64,000 bases of DNA from an uncultured Bacteroidia bacterium (GCA_902789395.1 CADANY010000014.1:11364-75363); one strand, 5' to 3'. Counted from the stretch's first letter, positions 28,174-38,649 are shown. Notes: generated by a model from the sequence alone, not told the origin. A program made the numbers and translations.

Positions 28174-30447
28174 ATGAAAAAGATCCTGATTGCCCTGTCG
28201 GTCCTTTTGGCGGTATCGCTTCCGGCCGACGCCCGCAAAGTCCGCGGAACGGTACGGGGTGAGGGCGAGGCCCTTCCCGGAGTTATCGTCACGGACGGTG
28301 TCCATTTCACTACGACGGATGCCCAAGGCGCCTATAAACTCAATGTCGCGAAAGACTCCCGTTTCGTTTATGTCGTTACCCCGTCAGGGTATACGGCCGA
28401 TTTCTCTTCCGGAACGGTCGAATTCTACCAGAGGCTGACAAAGGATAAGGTCTATGACTTTACTCTGCAGCGGGTGGCTCCCGTAGCGGATTATACCCTT
28501 TTCTCGATCTCTGATCCGCAGATGAAACCCCAGCATGTGCAACAGTTCCTTGCTGAGCCGATTGAGGATATCGTCGCCCAGGCAAAGACCTACAGTGCAA
28601 AGAATCCCACGGTCATCGTGGCCCTTGGGGATATCGGATGGAATATCCTGGAGATATTCCCGGCCTATAAGGAGGCCATGGCCCGGACAGGCGTCCCCTG
28701 TTACGCCATCATCGGGAACCATGATCACAATCAGGACCGTTCCGGGAAAGCGGCCTGCGAGGGTTATGAGAATGCTTTCGGTCCGGTCAATTATGCCTTC
28801 TTCCTCGGGAATGATCTCGTCATCGGCCTCGACAACCTGATCTTCAAGGGGAACGATAGCGGCGACCCGACCAAATCCGGCAAGTATGCCGAAGGCTATT
28901 CCGAAGAAACCCTGGCCTTTGTGCGGAACCTGCTGTCCTATATCCCGTCGGATACGCATCTTTTCATCGCCCAGCACAGTCCGCTCTACCGCTGGTTCAA
29001 TGAAGAAAAGCCCGATATCGTAAACGGGCAGGAAATGCTGGATCTTCTGGAAGGACGCCAGGTTGATTTCCTCTCCGGCCATACGCATATCCAGAATAAT
29101 CTCATCTACAGCGATGATATCATTGAGCACAATGCGGCCAGCATCTGCGGCGCCTGGTGGTCGACCAAGATATGCAATGACGGGACGCCCCGTGGGTATG
29201 AGATTTTCAATAACAACAACGGCGTGCTTTCCTGGTACTGGCATAATATCGACTATCCCGATGACTATCAGGTTGAGTTCATCGATCCCGGGCAGTCTCC
29301 CCGTCACCCCAATTCGCTGGTCGCCAACGTTTGGGACTATGATCCTTCCTGGTCCGTTTCCTGGACTCAGGACGGTGTGGAAATGGGTGAGCTTTCTGAA
29401 AGCCGGGATGTTTCGCCTACCTATATCCGCGAGATTCAGTCGGTCTATCCCGAGAAGATTTCCAATTACAAGCGTCCGCGGACCAATCTCCATTATTTTG
29501 CAGCGACTCCGAGCCAGTATGCCCATAAGGTCGGAATCAAGGTCGTCAATCCGGCCGGCCAGACGTGGAAATACGAATTCGACATGCGAAATTACGTCGA
29601 TGTCCAGGGCCATCGCGGTGGAGCGGGGCTCATGCCGGAGAACACGATTCCGGCTATGCTCCACGCCGTCCGGCTTGGTGAGAATACCCTCGAGATGGAC
29701 CTGCAGATAAGCAGGGACCGTCAGGTCGTCGTCTCTCACGAGAACTACTTCCATCCCCGCTATTCAATGCGCCCGGACAGTTCCCTCGTGCAGAAAGAAG
29801 ATCCGAGAACTTATCTCTACCACATGGATTATGAGGATATTGCGAAGTGGGATGTCGGTCTCCGTCCGAATGAACTTTGGCCTACCCAGGAAAATATCCC
29901 GGCGGTAAAGCCGCTGGCCTCCGAACTGATCGACACCGTTGAGGATTATACGGTAAGTCACGGTTTCTCTCCGGTCCGCTACAACGTCGAGATAAAGACG
30001 ACTGCCAGTAAGAATGAAGGGAAAGTTTGTCCCGAATACAAAGAATTCGTCGATCTCTGCATCCCGCTTCTGGAAAGCAAAGATCTCGGCGACCGGCTGG
30101 TTATCCAGAGTTTTGATACGCGTGCCCTGAACTACATCCACCAGAAATACCCCTCGATCTTCCTGTCGTATCTGACAACGAAGGAGTCCTCCATTGAGAA
30201 ACTCCTCGAGAAACTGGACTTCGTTCCGGACTGGTGGAGTCCGAATTCAAAGGACCTGACGGCAGAAAATGTTGCTTATTGCCGTGAACACGGTATCAAG
30301 ATCGTCGTATGGACTGTGGATGATCCCGATGAGATCAAAAGGATGGTTGACTTGGGCGTAGATGCGATTATCTCCAACTATCCCGACCGCGTCCTCAAGC
30401 AGACCAGAGGGTACACGGACGTCCAGTATGCGAAGGAACCGCTATAG
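28174..30447 (+). CDS. Exported calcineurin-like phosphoesterase fused to glycerophosphodiester phosphodiesterase (GDPD)
   Basis: N-terminal part has SDPQ, LGD, IGNHD and SGHTH. C-terminal part has GHRGGAGLMPENT, LEMDLQ, NVEIK, IQSFD, WTVDD and IISNYPD. Confidence 0.9.
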   Translation: MKKILIALSVLLAVSLPADARKVRGTVRGEGEALPGVIVTDGVHFTTTDAQGAYKLNVAKDSRFVYVVTPSGYTADFSSGTVEFYQRLTKDKVYDFTLQRVAPVADYTLFSISDPQMKPQHVQQFLAEPIEDIVAQAKTYSAKNPTVIVALGDIGWNILEIFPAYKEAMARTGVPCYAIIGNHDHNQDRSGKAACEGYENAFGPVNYAFFLGNDLVIGLDNLIFKGNDSGDPTKSGKYAEGYSEETLAFVRNLLSYIPSDTHLFIAQHSPLYRWFNEEKPDIVNGQEMLDLLEGRQVDFLSGHTHIQNNLIYSDDIIEHNAASICGAWWSTKICNDGTPRGYEIFNNNNGVLSWYWHNIDYPDDYQVEFIDPGQSPRHPNSLVANVWDYDPSWSVSWTQDGVEMGELSESRDVSPTYIREIQSVYPEKISNYKRPRTNLHYFAATPSQYAHKVGIKVVNPAGQTWKYEFDMRNYVDVQGHRGGAGLMPENTIPAMLHAVRLGENTLEMDLQISRDRQVVVSHENYFHPRYSMRPDSSLVQKEDPRTYLYHMDYEDIAKWDVGLRPNELWPTQENIPAVKPLASELIDTVEDYTVSHGFSPVRYNVEIKTTASKNEGKVCPEYKEFVDLCIPLLESKDLGDRLVIQSFDTRALNYIHQKYPSIFLSYLTTKESSIEKLLEKLDFVPDWWSPNSKDLTAENVAYCREHGIKIVVWTVDDPDEIKRMVDLGVDAIISNYPDRVLKQTRGYTDVQYAKEPL

Positions 30448-32223
30448 TTGCAGCTCCAGCCAACGGGTCTCTTTCTCGTCGAGAAGGGCCTGGATCTGGC
30501 TATAGCGGTCCGAAAGTTTCCGGACTTCGTCCGGACCGAGCAGACCGCCCGAAAGACTCTCTTCGATTGAAGCCTTCTCCGTTTCCAGATCGGAGAGGGC
30601 TTTTTCCAAATCCTCCAGTTCCCGGCTTTCCTTCCAGGACAGCTTCCGTTTCTTCTCCGGTGCCGTTTGGGGCGGGAGAGCTGTCTCCGGCCGGGCGCTT
30701 TTTTTCAGGGCGGCCTGCTGCTTCTCATATTCCTTGAGATAGTCCCGGTATTGGGAATAGCTGCCTATGAAATCTTTGATGACACCGTTTCCGCAGAAGA
30801 TGAAAAGATGGTCGACAAGCCGGTCCAGGAAATGCCGGTCATGCGAAACGATAATCAGGCTTCCCTTGAATTCCTTCAAATATTCTTCGAGGATATTCAG
30901 CGTTACGATGTCGAGGTCGTTCGTCGGCTCGTCCAGGATCAGAAGGTTCGGCTGCTGCATCAGGACCGTCAGCAGGTATAACCGCCGTTTTTCGCCTCCG
31001 GAAAGGCGTCCGACGCGGCTCGAGAGCATATCGTGGGTAAAGAGGAAGCGGCCGAGGAGGTGGGTGTCGTTGACTGTCTCCAGAACGGTCTGGTCTTCGT
31101 CGAAATGCATTCCTGACTGGTTATAGTATCCGATCCGGAGGGATTCTCCCCGGTCGATCGTCCCGGTCATCTCGCCTCCCAGCGAGGGATCCCATCCTCC
31201 GGTCAGCAGGTTCAGGAAAGTCGTTTTCCCTGCCGCGTTCCGTCCGACGATTCCGACCCTTTCGTAACGCTGGAAGTTATAGGTAAAATGGTCCAGATAG
31301 CACTTCCCGTCCCACCAGAAAGACAGGTCCCGGCAGTTGATTACCTTATTGCCGAGATAGGATGAGCCGGCCGGCAGTTCCTTTAAGTCAATATTTTTCT
31401 CGCGATAGACTTCACCGGCCCGGTCCCGCAGGCCGTAGAAGGCGTTTTTCCGGGCTTTCGCCTTGCCGGTCCGGGCGCAGGGTGAACTGTGCATCCACTC
31501 GAGTTCACGCCGGAGAATATTCCGCACCCGGTCTGTTTCCGCGTTGTACTGGTCGATCCGTTCCGCTCTCTTTTCCAGAAAGTTCCGGTAGTTTCCCCGG
31601 TAGGTATAGAGGTTTCCGCGGTCGAGTTCCATGACGATATTGCAGATGCTGTCGAGGAAATAGCGGTCGTGCGTGACCATCAGCAAGGTGCACCGCGACC
31701 GGGTCAGTTCATCTTCGAGAAATTCGATGGCGTCGATGTCGAGGTGGTTCGTGGGCTCATCCATGATGAAAAAATCTGCCTCTGAGGCCAGCATCTCCGT
31801 AATCGCGACGCGCTTGATTTCTCCGCCGGAGAGTTCGGACATGGGCTTGTCCCGGTCTGTCAAGCCGAATCCGGTCAGGAGTTCCACAACGCGGCGCTCG
31901 TAGGCATACCAGTGTTCAGTATCGAGGTGCCGGGTCCATTCTTCGGACCCGTCCATGATCTGTTGCATGATGGTTTTCCGGGGATCATACGCGTATTCCT
32001 GTTCCAGAAAAGCAATACGGATGTCCTTCAGGAAAAGGATCTTCCCGCCGCTGTCCGACTTGTCTTTCCCGGCGAGAATCCTCAGCAGGGAGGTCTTCCC
32101 GGTTCCGTTCGGGGCAATCAAGGCGATTTTATCCCCCTCGTTGACATTCATGGAGATGTTTTCGAACAGGACTTTGGGTCCGTAAGACTTCGATATGTTC
32201 TCGATCTGCAGGTAACTTGCCAT
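30442..32223 (-). CDS. ABC-F family ATP-binding protein (Uup-like)
   Basis: Two ABC domains (APNGTGKT, LSGGE, DEPTNHLD; GRNAAGKT, LSGGEKRR, DEPTNDLD), no TM segments, C-terminal coiled coil KRKLSWKE. Confidence 0.93.
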   Translation of the reverse strand: MASYLQIENISKSYGPKVLFENISMNVNEGDKIALIAPNGTGKTSLLRILAGKDKSDSGGKILFLKDIRIAFLEQEYAYDPRKTIMQQIMDGSEEWTRHLDTEHWYAYERRVVELLTGFGLTDRDKPMSELSGGEIKRVAITEMLASEADFFIMDEPTNHLDIDAIEFLEDELTRSRCTLLMVTHDRYFLDSICNIVMELDRGNLYTYRGNYRNFLEKRAERIDQYNAETDRVRNILRRELEWMHSSPCARTGKAKARKNAFYGLRDRAGEVYREKNIDLKELPAGSSYLGNKVINCRDLSFWWDGKCYLDHFTYNFQRYERVGIVGRNAAGKTTFLNLLTGGWDPSLGGEMTGTIDRGESLRIGYYNQSGMHFDEDQTVLETVNDTHLLGRFLFTHDMLSSRVGRLSGGEKRRLYLLTVLMQQPNLLILDEPTNDLDIVTLNILEEYLKEFKGSLIIVSHDRHFLDRLVDHLFIFCGNGVIKDFIGSYSQYRDYLKEYEKQQAALKKSARPETALPPQTAPEKKRKLSWKESRELEDLEKALSDLETEKASIEESLSGGLLGPDEVRKLSDRYSQIQALLDEKETRWLELQL

Positions 32224-32282
32224 AACGATTGCAAAAATAATAATTAATTGTTTAAATTTGCAGGATTAGCAATAAGACGGAT

Positions 32283-33647
32283 ATGAGAATCATAATTGTA
32301 GGAGCGGGAGAAGTCGGCTCGCATCTGGCCAAGATGCTGAGTCATGAATCCAATGATATCACAGTCATTGATGAAGATCAAGCCAGACTTACCCGGCTGG
32401 TCAGTTCCGCCGATGTCGTGACGGTCCATGGGGATCCGACATCCATATCGGTTCTGGAGCAGGCCGGTGCGGAAACGGCGGACCTGCTTGTTGCAGTCAG
32501 TCCGCATGTCCCCCAGTCCGTCAATATCGTCAGCGCCCTGCTGGCCAAGAAACTGGGAACGGCCAGAGTAACGGCCAGAGTCGATGATCCGGATTATCTC
32601 AATTCTGAGAACAGGCTGATTTTCAAGGATATGGGTCTTGATCTACTCTTCTGCCCCGAAAAAATCGCCTGTGACGAAATTATCGATCTCCTTCGGCATA
32701 CGGCCTCTACCGATTCGATGGACTTTGCCCGCGGTAAACTCCAGCTGGCCGTTTTCAAGATTGACGAAGACTCGCCGATCCTCGACATGAAGGTCGCCGA
32801 ATTCGTCAAATCCGTTTCTGCCGTGAATTCCGAGGTCCAATTCCGGATTATCGCCATCGCCCGCCATGATGAGACGATTATCCCGAAGTTCGATACGAAG
32901 TTCAAGTATATGGACCATATCTACATCATCTCCAAGCGGGAGGGGATGGCTTCGCTGATGCACTTTCTGGGCAAAGACAATATCGAGGTCGACAGTACAA
33001 TGATCCTCGGGGGAAGCCGTATCGGCGAGCTGGTCGCCGAGCAGCTCAGCGGCCAGATCTCCAATGTGAAGATCATTGATTCCGACCGGAGCCGGTGCCT
33101 GGAACTTTCCGAACGGCTCCCCGAGTCGGTTACGGTCGTCAATGGCGACGGACGGAATTCGGATTTTCTCGTAGAGGAGTCAATCAAGAATTTTGATGCT
33201 TTCGTTGCCGTTACGGATAATGACGAAGCCAATATCCTCGCCTGTGTCGTGGCTAAGAAATTTGGCGTCGAACGGGTGATTGCCGAGGTTGAAAATATTG
33301 AGTATCTGAAACTTGCAGATGAGATGGGCGTTGATGCCGTCATCAATAAAAAGTTGATTACGGCGGGCCGCATCTTTAAGTTCACGCTTTCGGACAAAGT
33401 CCGTTTCGTCAAGTACATGAGCGGTACCGATGCCGAGGCGCTTGAGTATACGGCGGCTCCCGGAAGCAGGATTACCAAGGCTCCGCTGAAAGAAACCGAT
33501 TTCCCGAAGAACGCCATCATCGGCGGTGTTATCCGCGGAGGAGACTCCTTTATCGCCGTCGGCGATACCCATATCGAACCGTATGACCGCGTCGCCGTGT
33601 TTGCCCTTCCGGATGCGGTCAAGGAAGTTGATAAATTCTTCCGGTAG
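32283..33647 (+). CDS. trkA: Trk system potassium uptake protein TrkA
   Basis: Two RCK_N/RCK_C repeats with GAGEVG and GGSRIG nucleotide-binding motifs. Confidence 0.95.
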   Translation: MRIIIVGAGEVGSHLAKMLSHESNDITVIDEDQARLTRLVSSADVVTVHGDPTSISVLEQAGAETADLLVAVSPHVPQSVNIVSALLAKKLGTARVTARVDDPDYLNSENRLIFKDMGLDLLFCPEKIACDEIIDLLRHTASTDSMDFARGKLQLAVFKIDEDSPILDMKVAEFVKSVSAVNSEVQFRIIAIARHDETIIPKFDTKFKYMDHIYIISKREGMASLMHFLGKDNIEVDSTMILGGSRIGELVAEQLSGQISNVKIIDSDRSRCLELSERLPESVTVVNGDGRNSDFLVEESIKNFDAFVAVTDNDEANILACVVAKKFGVERVIAEVENIEYLKLADEMGVDAVINKKLITAGRIFKFTLSDKVRFVKYMSGTDAEALEYTAAPGSRITKAPLKETDFPKNAIIGGVIRGGDSFIAVGDTHIEPYDRVAVFALPDAVKEVDKFFR

Positions 33648-33653
33648 GGGAGG

Positions 33654-34673
33654 CTACAGTTTCCTGAAAACAGCCCTTGGGATCATCCAGAAATCGCACA
33701 GGCCGTCCAGACGGACGGCTTTTTGCGTCCTGACCTTTTCCGGATCCGGACGGCGGCGCAGGGACCGGAATTCCTTGTGGGCGGAAAAGACGGCTTTGAA
33801 ATAAGGAATGTTGCCTGTCAGGAGATAGACCAGGGCGGATCCCCCGTCGAGAATCTGCCGGAAGAACAGGACTCGCGCGGCCTTGCCGAAAGGATGGCGG
33901 CAGCCCCTGGACGCATACGTACGGGCGAGGTTGTTCTCCATCATCAACAGGTTGTTCCGGAAATTCAGTCTTAGTTTCCATGGAGAAGTCGACGGCAAAG
34001 TCCCGCCGCCGATATGGTAGACGGAGGACTGGGGAACAACGGTAACCAGGAATCCTTCCAGGTGGGCTCTCCAACAGAAATCGATTTCTTCCATGTGGGC
34101 GAAAAAACGGTCGTCGAGCCCGCCGAGCGACTTCCAGAGACTGCTCCGTACGACCATACAGGCGCCCGACACCCACATTACGTCCGCAGGAGTATCATAC
34201 TGGCCGGTATCTTTCTCCACCTTGCTCATGACCCGGCCCCTGCAGAAGGGATAACCATAGCGGTCCAGCAGTCCGCCGGCTGCCCCGGCGTACTCGAAGG
34301 TGTCCCGCCGGTACCAGGATAAGAGCTTAGGACCGCAGACTCCACACTCCGGATGGGTATCCATCCACCCGACGAGCGGCTCCAGCCACTCCGGGGTGAC
34401 TTCGATATCCGAGTTGATCAGGACGTAGTAGGTCGCTGCCACTTCAGCAAGGGCCCGGTTGTATCCGCCCGTGAATCCGTAATTATCCGCAAGCGGGATC
34501 CGGCGCACATCGGGGAACTCTGCGGCCATCATTTCCATGGATCCGTCCGTCGATGCGCTGTCCGCCACGATAACCTCGGCATCCAGCCCCCGCACCGAAT
34601 CAAGGAGCGGCGGAAGGAACTTTCGGAGATAGTCTTTTGTGTTCCAGTTCAGTATGACGACTGCGGTCTTCAC
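33654..34673 (-). CDS. Glycosyltransferase family 2
   Basis: Motifs VVILNWN, DSASTDGS, NYGFTGGYN, LINSD, WVSGAC, HMEEIDFCWR and HIGGGTL. Confidence 0.93.
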   Translation of the reverse strand: MKTAVVILNWNTKDYLRKFLPPLLDSVRGLDAEVIVADSASTDGSMEMMAAEFPDVRRIPLADNYGFTGGYNRALAEVAATYYVLINSDIEVTPEWLEPLVGWMDTHPECGVCGPKLLSWYRRDTFEYAGAAGGLLDRYGYPFCRGRVMSKVEKDTGQYDTPADVMWVSGACMVVRSSLWKSLGGLDDRFFAHMEEIDFCWRAHLEGFLVTVVPQSSVYHIGGGTLPSTSPWKLRLNFRNNLLMMENNLARTYASRGCRHPFGKAARVLFFRQILDGGSALVYLLTGNIPYFKAVFSAHKEFRSLRRRPDPEKVRTQKAVRLDGLCDFWMIPRAVFRKL

Positions 34674-34676
34674 GAT

Positions 34677-35294
34677 CTATTCTTCATCGTCGTGGTGGCA
34701 GCAATGGCCTTCTCCTTTGCCGTGGCAGCATTCGCCGTCGCCGTGGTGGCCTTCGCCATGGTGATGGCAGTGCCCCTTTCCATGGCAGCAGTGGTGCCCT
34801 TCCTCGGGGGGAAGATACTCTCCGTGAAGCCCTTCTGTCAGTTCTTTTTCCGTTGCATCGCGGACGGAAAGAACCTTCCCGGTAAAGTGCAATTCCTTCC
34901 CGGCCATCGGGTGATTGAAATCGAGGGTAACGCCGTTGTCTTTCACATCGACAATCAGGGCCTGGAGTACATTGCCGTCACGTCCCATCATCGGGACGGT
35001 CCGCCCGACCTGCATCAGATCCTCCCGGATCTCTCCATTGATGGTAAAGGCAGAGCGGGGAACATCGAAACGCATCTTCTCGTCATACGGGCCATACCCT
35101 TCTTCCGGGGAGACGGTAAAGGCGAATGCGGCCCCTTCTTCGAGTCCTTCGATTTCAGCTTCGAATTTTGGAATGAGCATATGGGTCCCGTGGATATAGT
35201 CCAGGGGACGTTCTTCAGTAGCACGGTCGGCAAGGGCTCCGTCTACGGTAAGGTCGTAAGTGACGACCACGACTTTATTCTTTTCTATTTTCAT
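34677..35294 (-). CDS. slyD: FKBP-type peptidyl-prolyl isomerase SlyD-like with His/Cys-rich tail
   Basis: Motifs PLDYIHG, PEEGYG and DFNHPMAG; C-terminal HHCCHGKGHCHHH. Confidence 0.9.
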   Translation of the reverse strand: MKIEKNKVVVVTYDLTVDGALADRATEERPLDYIHGTHMLIPKFEAEIEGLEEGAAFAFTVSPEEGYGPYDEKMRFDVPRSAFTINGEIREDLMQVGRTVPMMGRDGNVLQALIVDVKDNGVTLDFNHPMAGKELHFTGKVLSVRDATEKELTEGLHGEYLPPEEGHHCCHGKGHCHHHGEGHHGDGECCHGKGEGHCCHHDDEE

Positions 35295-35295
35295 G

Positions 35296-36636
35296 TTATC
35301 CGCTGAAATCAACGTTTGAGAAGGCTAAGGTAGGAATAATTTTCGACATACAGGGTCTGGCATCTTCCGCAGCGGCGAAAAGGTTGTTCCAAAGCGTGAT
35401 GAAATTTCCGGTTATGAGCATCTCCCGAACAGGATGGAGGATTTTTCCGTCTTTGAAATAAAAACCTTCGATGCCGAAGGAGAAGTCTCCGGTCGTGGAA
35501 TTGCTGTTCCCGCCGTTGAATCCGGTGACGAGAATACCTTCTCCCGCCTTTGCCAGTACGTCATCCCGGGTTTTGCAACCGCCTACGGGGAGGATGACAG
35601 GGCGGGTACAATCCTCGACCGTCGGATCCGTCCCGAGCTTCCCGGCAATGTAGGAATTTATGAAATAGGTCTTGATAACACCTTTCTCGATGATGGCCAT
35701 CGGCCGTGTAGCGACGCCTTCGCTGTCAAACAGTCGTGATCCGGTCTTTCCGCTCTCGTGCGGCTCATCAAGAAGGGTCAGGCATTCCGGGAAGACTTTT
35801 TCCCCGAGCTTGTCCATCAGGAATGAATTCTTCTGCTGGATCGCATAGCCGCCGAGTGCGTTCAAAATGGGTTTGACAACTTTTGATGCACATTCCGTGT
35901 CGATGACGAGATTCATCTTGCCGCCCCGGTGTTCCTGCGGCCCGATCTGGGCGGCTGCACGCTCGAGCGCTTTCTCGGAGCAGGTCCGGATCGATCCGAG
36001 GACCTCTTCCAGGCGAGGTGCCGCATCCCACCAGTAGGCGCTGAACCGCTCCCCGGAAGGCGTTTCGACGGTCGCCTCATAACCGATTTCAAAGGACGTT
36101 TCGGTATGTCTTGCAAATAACCCTTCCGAATCCATGACGACACTGTCGAAAATGCTGTCGGAGTATTCCCCTTCTTCGGAAATCAGGGTGAACCCCTTCT
36201 CCCATTCTGCTTTCCTGGACCAGATGGAACTCCCGAGCGAGAGCTCAAGCCGCCGTTCCGTCCCGATTGTCGGATAGGCCGGATCGTACAGATCCAATTC
36301 CGTTCCTTTCCGGGCATCCGTGATCTTCCGGTCCGGGGCGGGAAGGACCCTGAAACGGTCTTCCGCCAGCATCCGGACGGTATCGATAGCTTGGAGGATA
36401 AAGCGTTCCAAGCCTTCTTCTTCCAACTTGTTCGTGGAGAAACTGCCGAACCGCCCGTCGACGAAAAGGGAAAGACTCAGGCTCCGGTCAAGGGCGCTTG
36501 CGACCTTGTCTATTTCTCCGTTGAGGATTCCCAGCAGGTTCATCAGGCTCTTGCTCAGGGTAACCCGGACCTTGTCCGCTCCATGGCCCAGGGCAAAACG
36601 AATACTCTTCCGTGCTATTTCTATTTCTTTCTCCAT
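35296..36636 (-). CDS. pmbA: TldD/PmbA family protein (PmbA/TldE-like, no HExxxH)
   Basis: Motifs FDSEG, GGNSNSTTGDFS and EMLITGN; translationally coupled to tldD (TAATG overlap at 36636). Confidence 0.88.
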   Translation of the reverse strand: MEKEIEIARKSIRFALGHGADKVRVTLSKSLMNLLGILNGEIDKVASALDRSLSLSLFVDGRFGSFSTNKLEEEGLERFILQAIDTVRMLAEDRFRVLPAPDRKITDARKGTELDLYDPAYPTIGTERRLELSLGSSIWSRKAEWEKGFTLISEEGEYSDSIFDSVVMDSEGLFARHTETSFEIGYEATVETPSGERFSAYWWDAAPRLEEVLGSIRTCSEKALERAAAQIGPQEHRGGKMNLVIDTECASKVVKPILNALGGYAIQQKNSFLMDKLGEKVFPECLTLLDEPHESGKTGSRLFDSEGVATRPMAIIEKGVIKTYFINSYIAGKLGTDPTVEDCTRPVILPVGGCKTRDDVLAKAGEGILVTGFNGGNSNSTTGDFSFGIEGFYFKDGKILHPVREMLITGNFITLWNNLFAAAEDARPCMSKIIPTLAFSNVDFSG

Positions 36637-38072
36637 TACTCTCCTCCTACTGTCAGGTTTTTTACGAGTACCGTCGGGATTCCGCACGATACGGGCACAT
36701 TCTGTTCTTTTCCGCAGACCCAGGCTCCTTCATCGATCTTCAGGTCATTTCCCACGGCAACAATATCTGCGAGGGCCTGGGGGCCGTTCCCGATTATGTT
36801 GATGTCTTTGACAGGGCGGGTAAGCCGTCCGTCTTCAATCAGGTAGCCGCTCTTGACGTAGAATGTGAAATCTCCTTCCCCGATCTTGACCTGTCCGTTC
36901 GAGAACTCGTCGACATAGATTCCTTTCCGAACCTCGGCGATGATATCTTCGGGTGCAGCATCTCCGCTTTCCATATATGTTGCCCGCATACGAGGGAGGG
37001 GAGCGTAACGGAACGATTCCCGCCGTCCGTTCCCAGTCGGAGTTACGCCGAAGTGCCGGGCGCTGATCCGGTCATGGAGATAAGACGTAAGTACGCCATT
37101 CTCGACCATGCAGGTCCGTTGTCCGGGAACGCCCTCGTCATCGAAGTTCAGCGAGCCCCGGTTGCCCCGGAGGGTTGCGTCATCGATGATGCTGATATTC
37201 CCGGCACAGATTTTCTGACCGATCTTCCCGGTGAAAATCGATTGCCCTTTCCGGTTGAAATCAGCTTCAAAGGCATGGCCCATGGCTTCGTGGAGGAGGA
37301 TGCCGGAGGCTCCCGCCCCCATGACAACGCTCATCTGTCCGCCCTTCGGACGTCGTGCTTCGAAGCGGTCATCAATTCCCTTGACGATCAGCGATGCCAT
37401 CTCTTCGATGAGTCCTTCCGTCAGCATCTCGGTGCCGGTACGGAAACTTCTGGAGGCCGTCTTGTTCTCTGTTTTCCCGTCCTTCTGGAAAATGGCTGAG
37501 ACAGAAACGCTTCCCATCGGGCGGGTATCGTATTTCAGTTCTGAAAGGGAATTGAACATCAGAATGTCGCTGACTTGCCAGGAAAGCATGGCGACGACTT
37601 TTACAATCCGGGGATCCCTGCTTCGTACCGTTTGTTCCAGCAATTGAAGGAAAGGCAGAAACTCCCCGACGGGCGTGCTCCGCCAGTGTTTGGAGACGGG
37701 ATAGCGGTCCGCGGCCGGATTCGGCTTTCCCCGGAAAGGGGCTGCGGTCCCATAATCCGTTACGGCCGTCGTGCCGGAAGCAATGGCTGAAGCCGCCCGG
37801 CAGGCGGCCATCATATCGGCCGCCCCCGTACTTTCCGAGTAGGCATACCCGGTCTTTTCTCCGCTGAGTACGCGGATCCCTACGCCGAAATCAATATGCT
37901 GTCCGCCGGAAGTGACCTCCGAATCCCGGAGCATCAGGTTCCCGTACGTCGTGTTTTCAAAAAAGAGATCGACATAATCTCCTCCCCGCGAGATCCCCTC
38001 GCGGGTCAGGCGGAGGAGATCCTGTTCGGTTACCCCGAACATATCCAAGTACTGCTGCTTGTCTTTGATCAT
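36636..38072 (-). CDS. tldD: TldD family metalloprotease
   Basis: Motifs HEAMGH, FDDEG, GNGRRES and PRMRATYM. Confidence 0.92.
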   Translation of the reverse strand: MIKDKQQYLDMFGVTEQDLLRLTREGISRGGDYVDLFFENTTYGNLMLRDSEVTSGGQHIDFGVGIRVLSGEKTGYAYSESTGAADMMAACRAASAIASGTTAVTDYGTAAPFRGKPNPAADRYPVSKHWRSTPVGEFLPFLQLLEQTVRSRDPRIVKVVAMLSWQVSDILMFNSLSELKYDTRPMGSVSVSAIFQKDGKTENKTASRSFRTGTEMLTEGLIEEMASLIVKGIDDRFEARRPKGGQMSVVMGAGASGILLHEAMGHAFEADFNRKGQSIFTGKIGQKICAGNISIIDDATLRGNRGSLNFDDEGVPGQRTCMVENGVLTSYLHDRISARHFGVTPTGNGRRESFRYAPLPRMRATYMESGDAAPEDIIAEVRKGIYVDEFSNGQVKIGEGDFTFYVKSGYLIEDGRLTRPVKDINIIGNGPQALADIVAVGNDLKIDEGAWVCGKEQNVPVSCGIPTVLVKNLTVGGE

Positions 38073-38638
38073 GTATAGTCTTTACTTATCGTTTCATATA
38101 GTTGTGGATCATGGACCGTGATCCCTTTCCGTCCCCCTTCCGCGATCAGGCGGAAAGGCGGGGTGGAATTGTCCGCCAGGGTCCAGTGGTCGCATTCGGG
38201 AAGGTAGATCCCGAAGAAGTTTTTCAGGCCGGCTTCATAGCGGCGCTGGATCGTCTCGTCCTTGACATTATGGCCTCCGGCCGCTACCCGGGCCCGGACC
38301 CGTTGCCGGGCCAGTTCCGGTGAAGATACCCAGAGGTATAGGATTGAGACGGTATAGCCCATCTCCTTCGAAGATCGGATCATCTGAAGGAGTGACCTTG
38401 TCGCCAGGGTGCTTTCTATGCAAAAATCGACCCGCCGGCTGAGAAGGCGCTGGATTTTCATAAGCATGTACCGTCCGGCCATGATGGAAGCGGCGTCGGG
38501 ATTGGACGGAGAGAGGGCTTTTGCGAATTCGTCCGAATTGACGAATTCCGTGCAGTCCAACAGCTCCGGCAGCTCTTTATAGGAGGCCGTCGTCTTTCCC
38601 GAGCCGTTGCATCCGGCGATGATGTAGAGTCTGGGCAT
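38069..38638 (-). CDS. Zeta-toxin-like / AAA_33 P-loop kinase-fold protein
   Basis: Walker A IIAGCNGSGKTT, FVNSDE, ESTLA and RVAAGGHNV. Start placed at MPRLY (38638). Confidence 0.8.
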   Translation of the reverse strand: MPRLYIIAGCNGSGKTTASYKELPELLDCTEFVNSDEFAKALSPSNPDAASIMAGRYMLMKIQRLLSRRVDFCIESTLATRSLLQMIRSSKEMGYTVSILYLWVSSPELARQRVRARVAAGGHNVKDETIQRRYEAGLKNFFGIYLPECDHWTLADNSTPPFRLIAEGGRKGITVHDPQLYETISKDYT

Positions 38639-38649
38639 TATCTGTCTGG

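Noticed and set aside
32283-33647. trkA without an adjacent trkH
   Set aside because: Unlinked trkA and trkH are common; not informative from one window.
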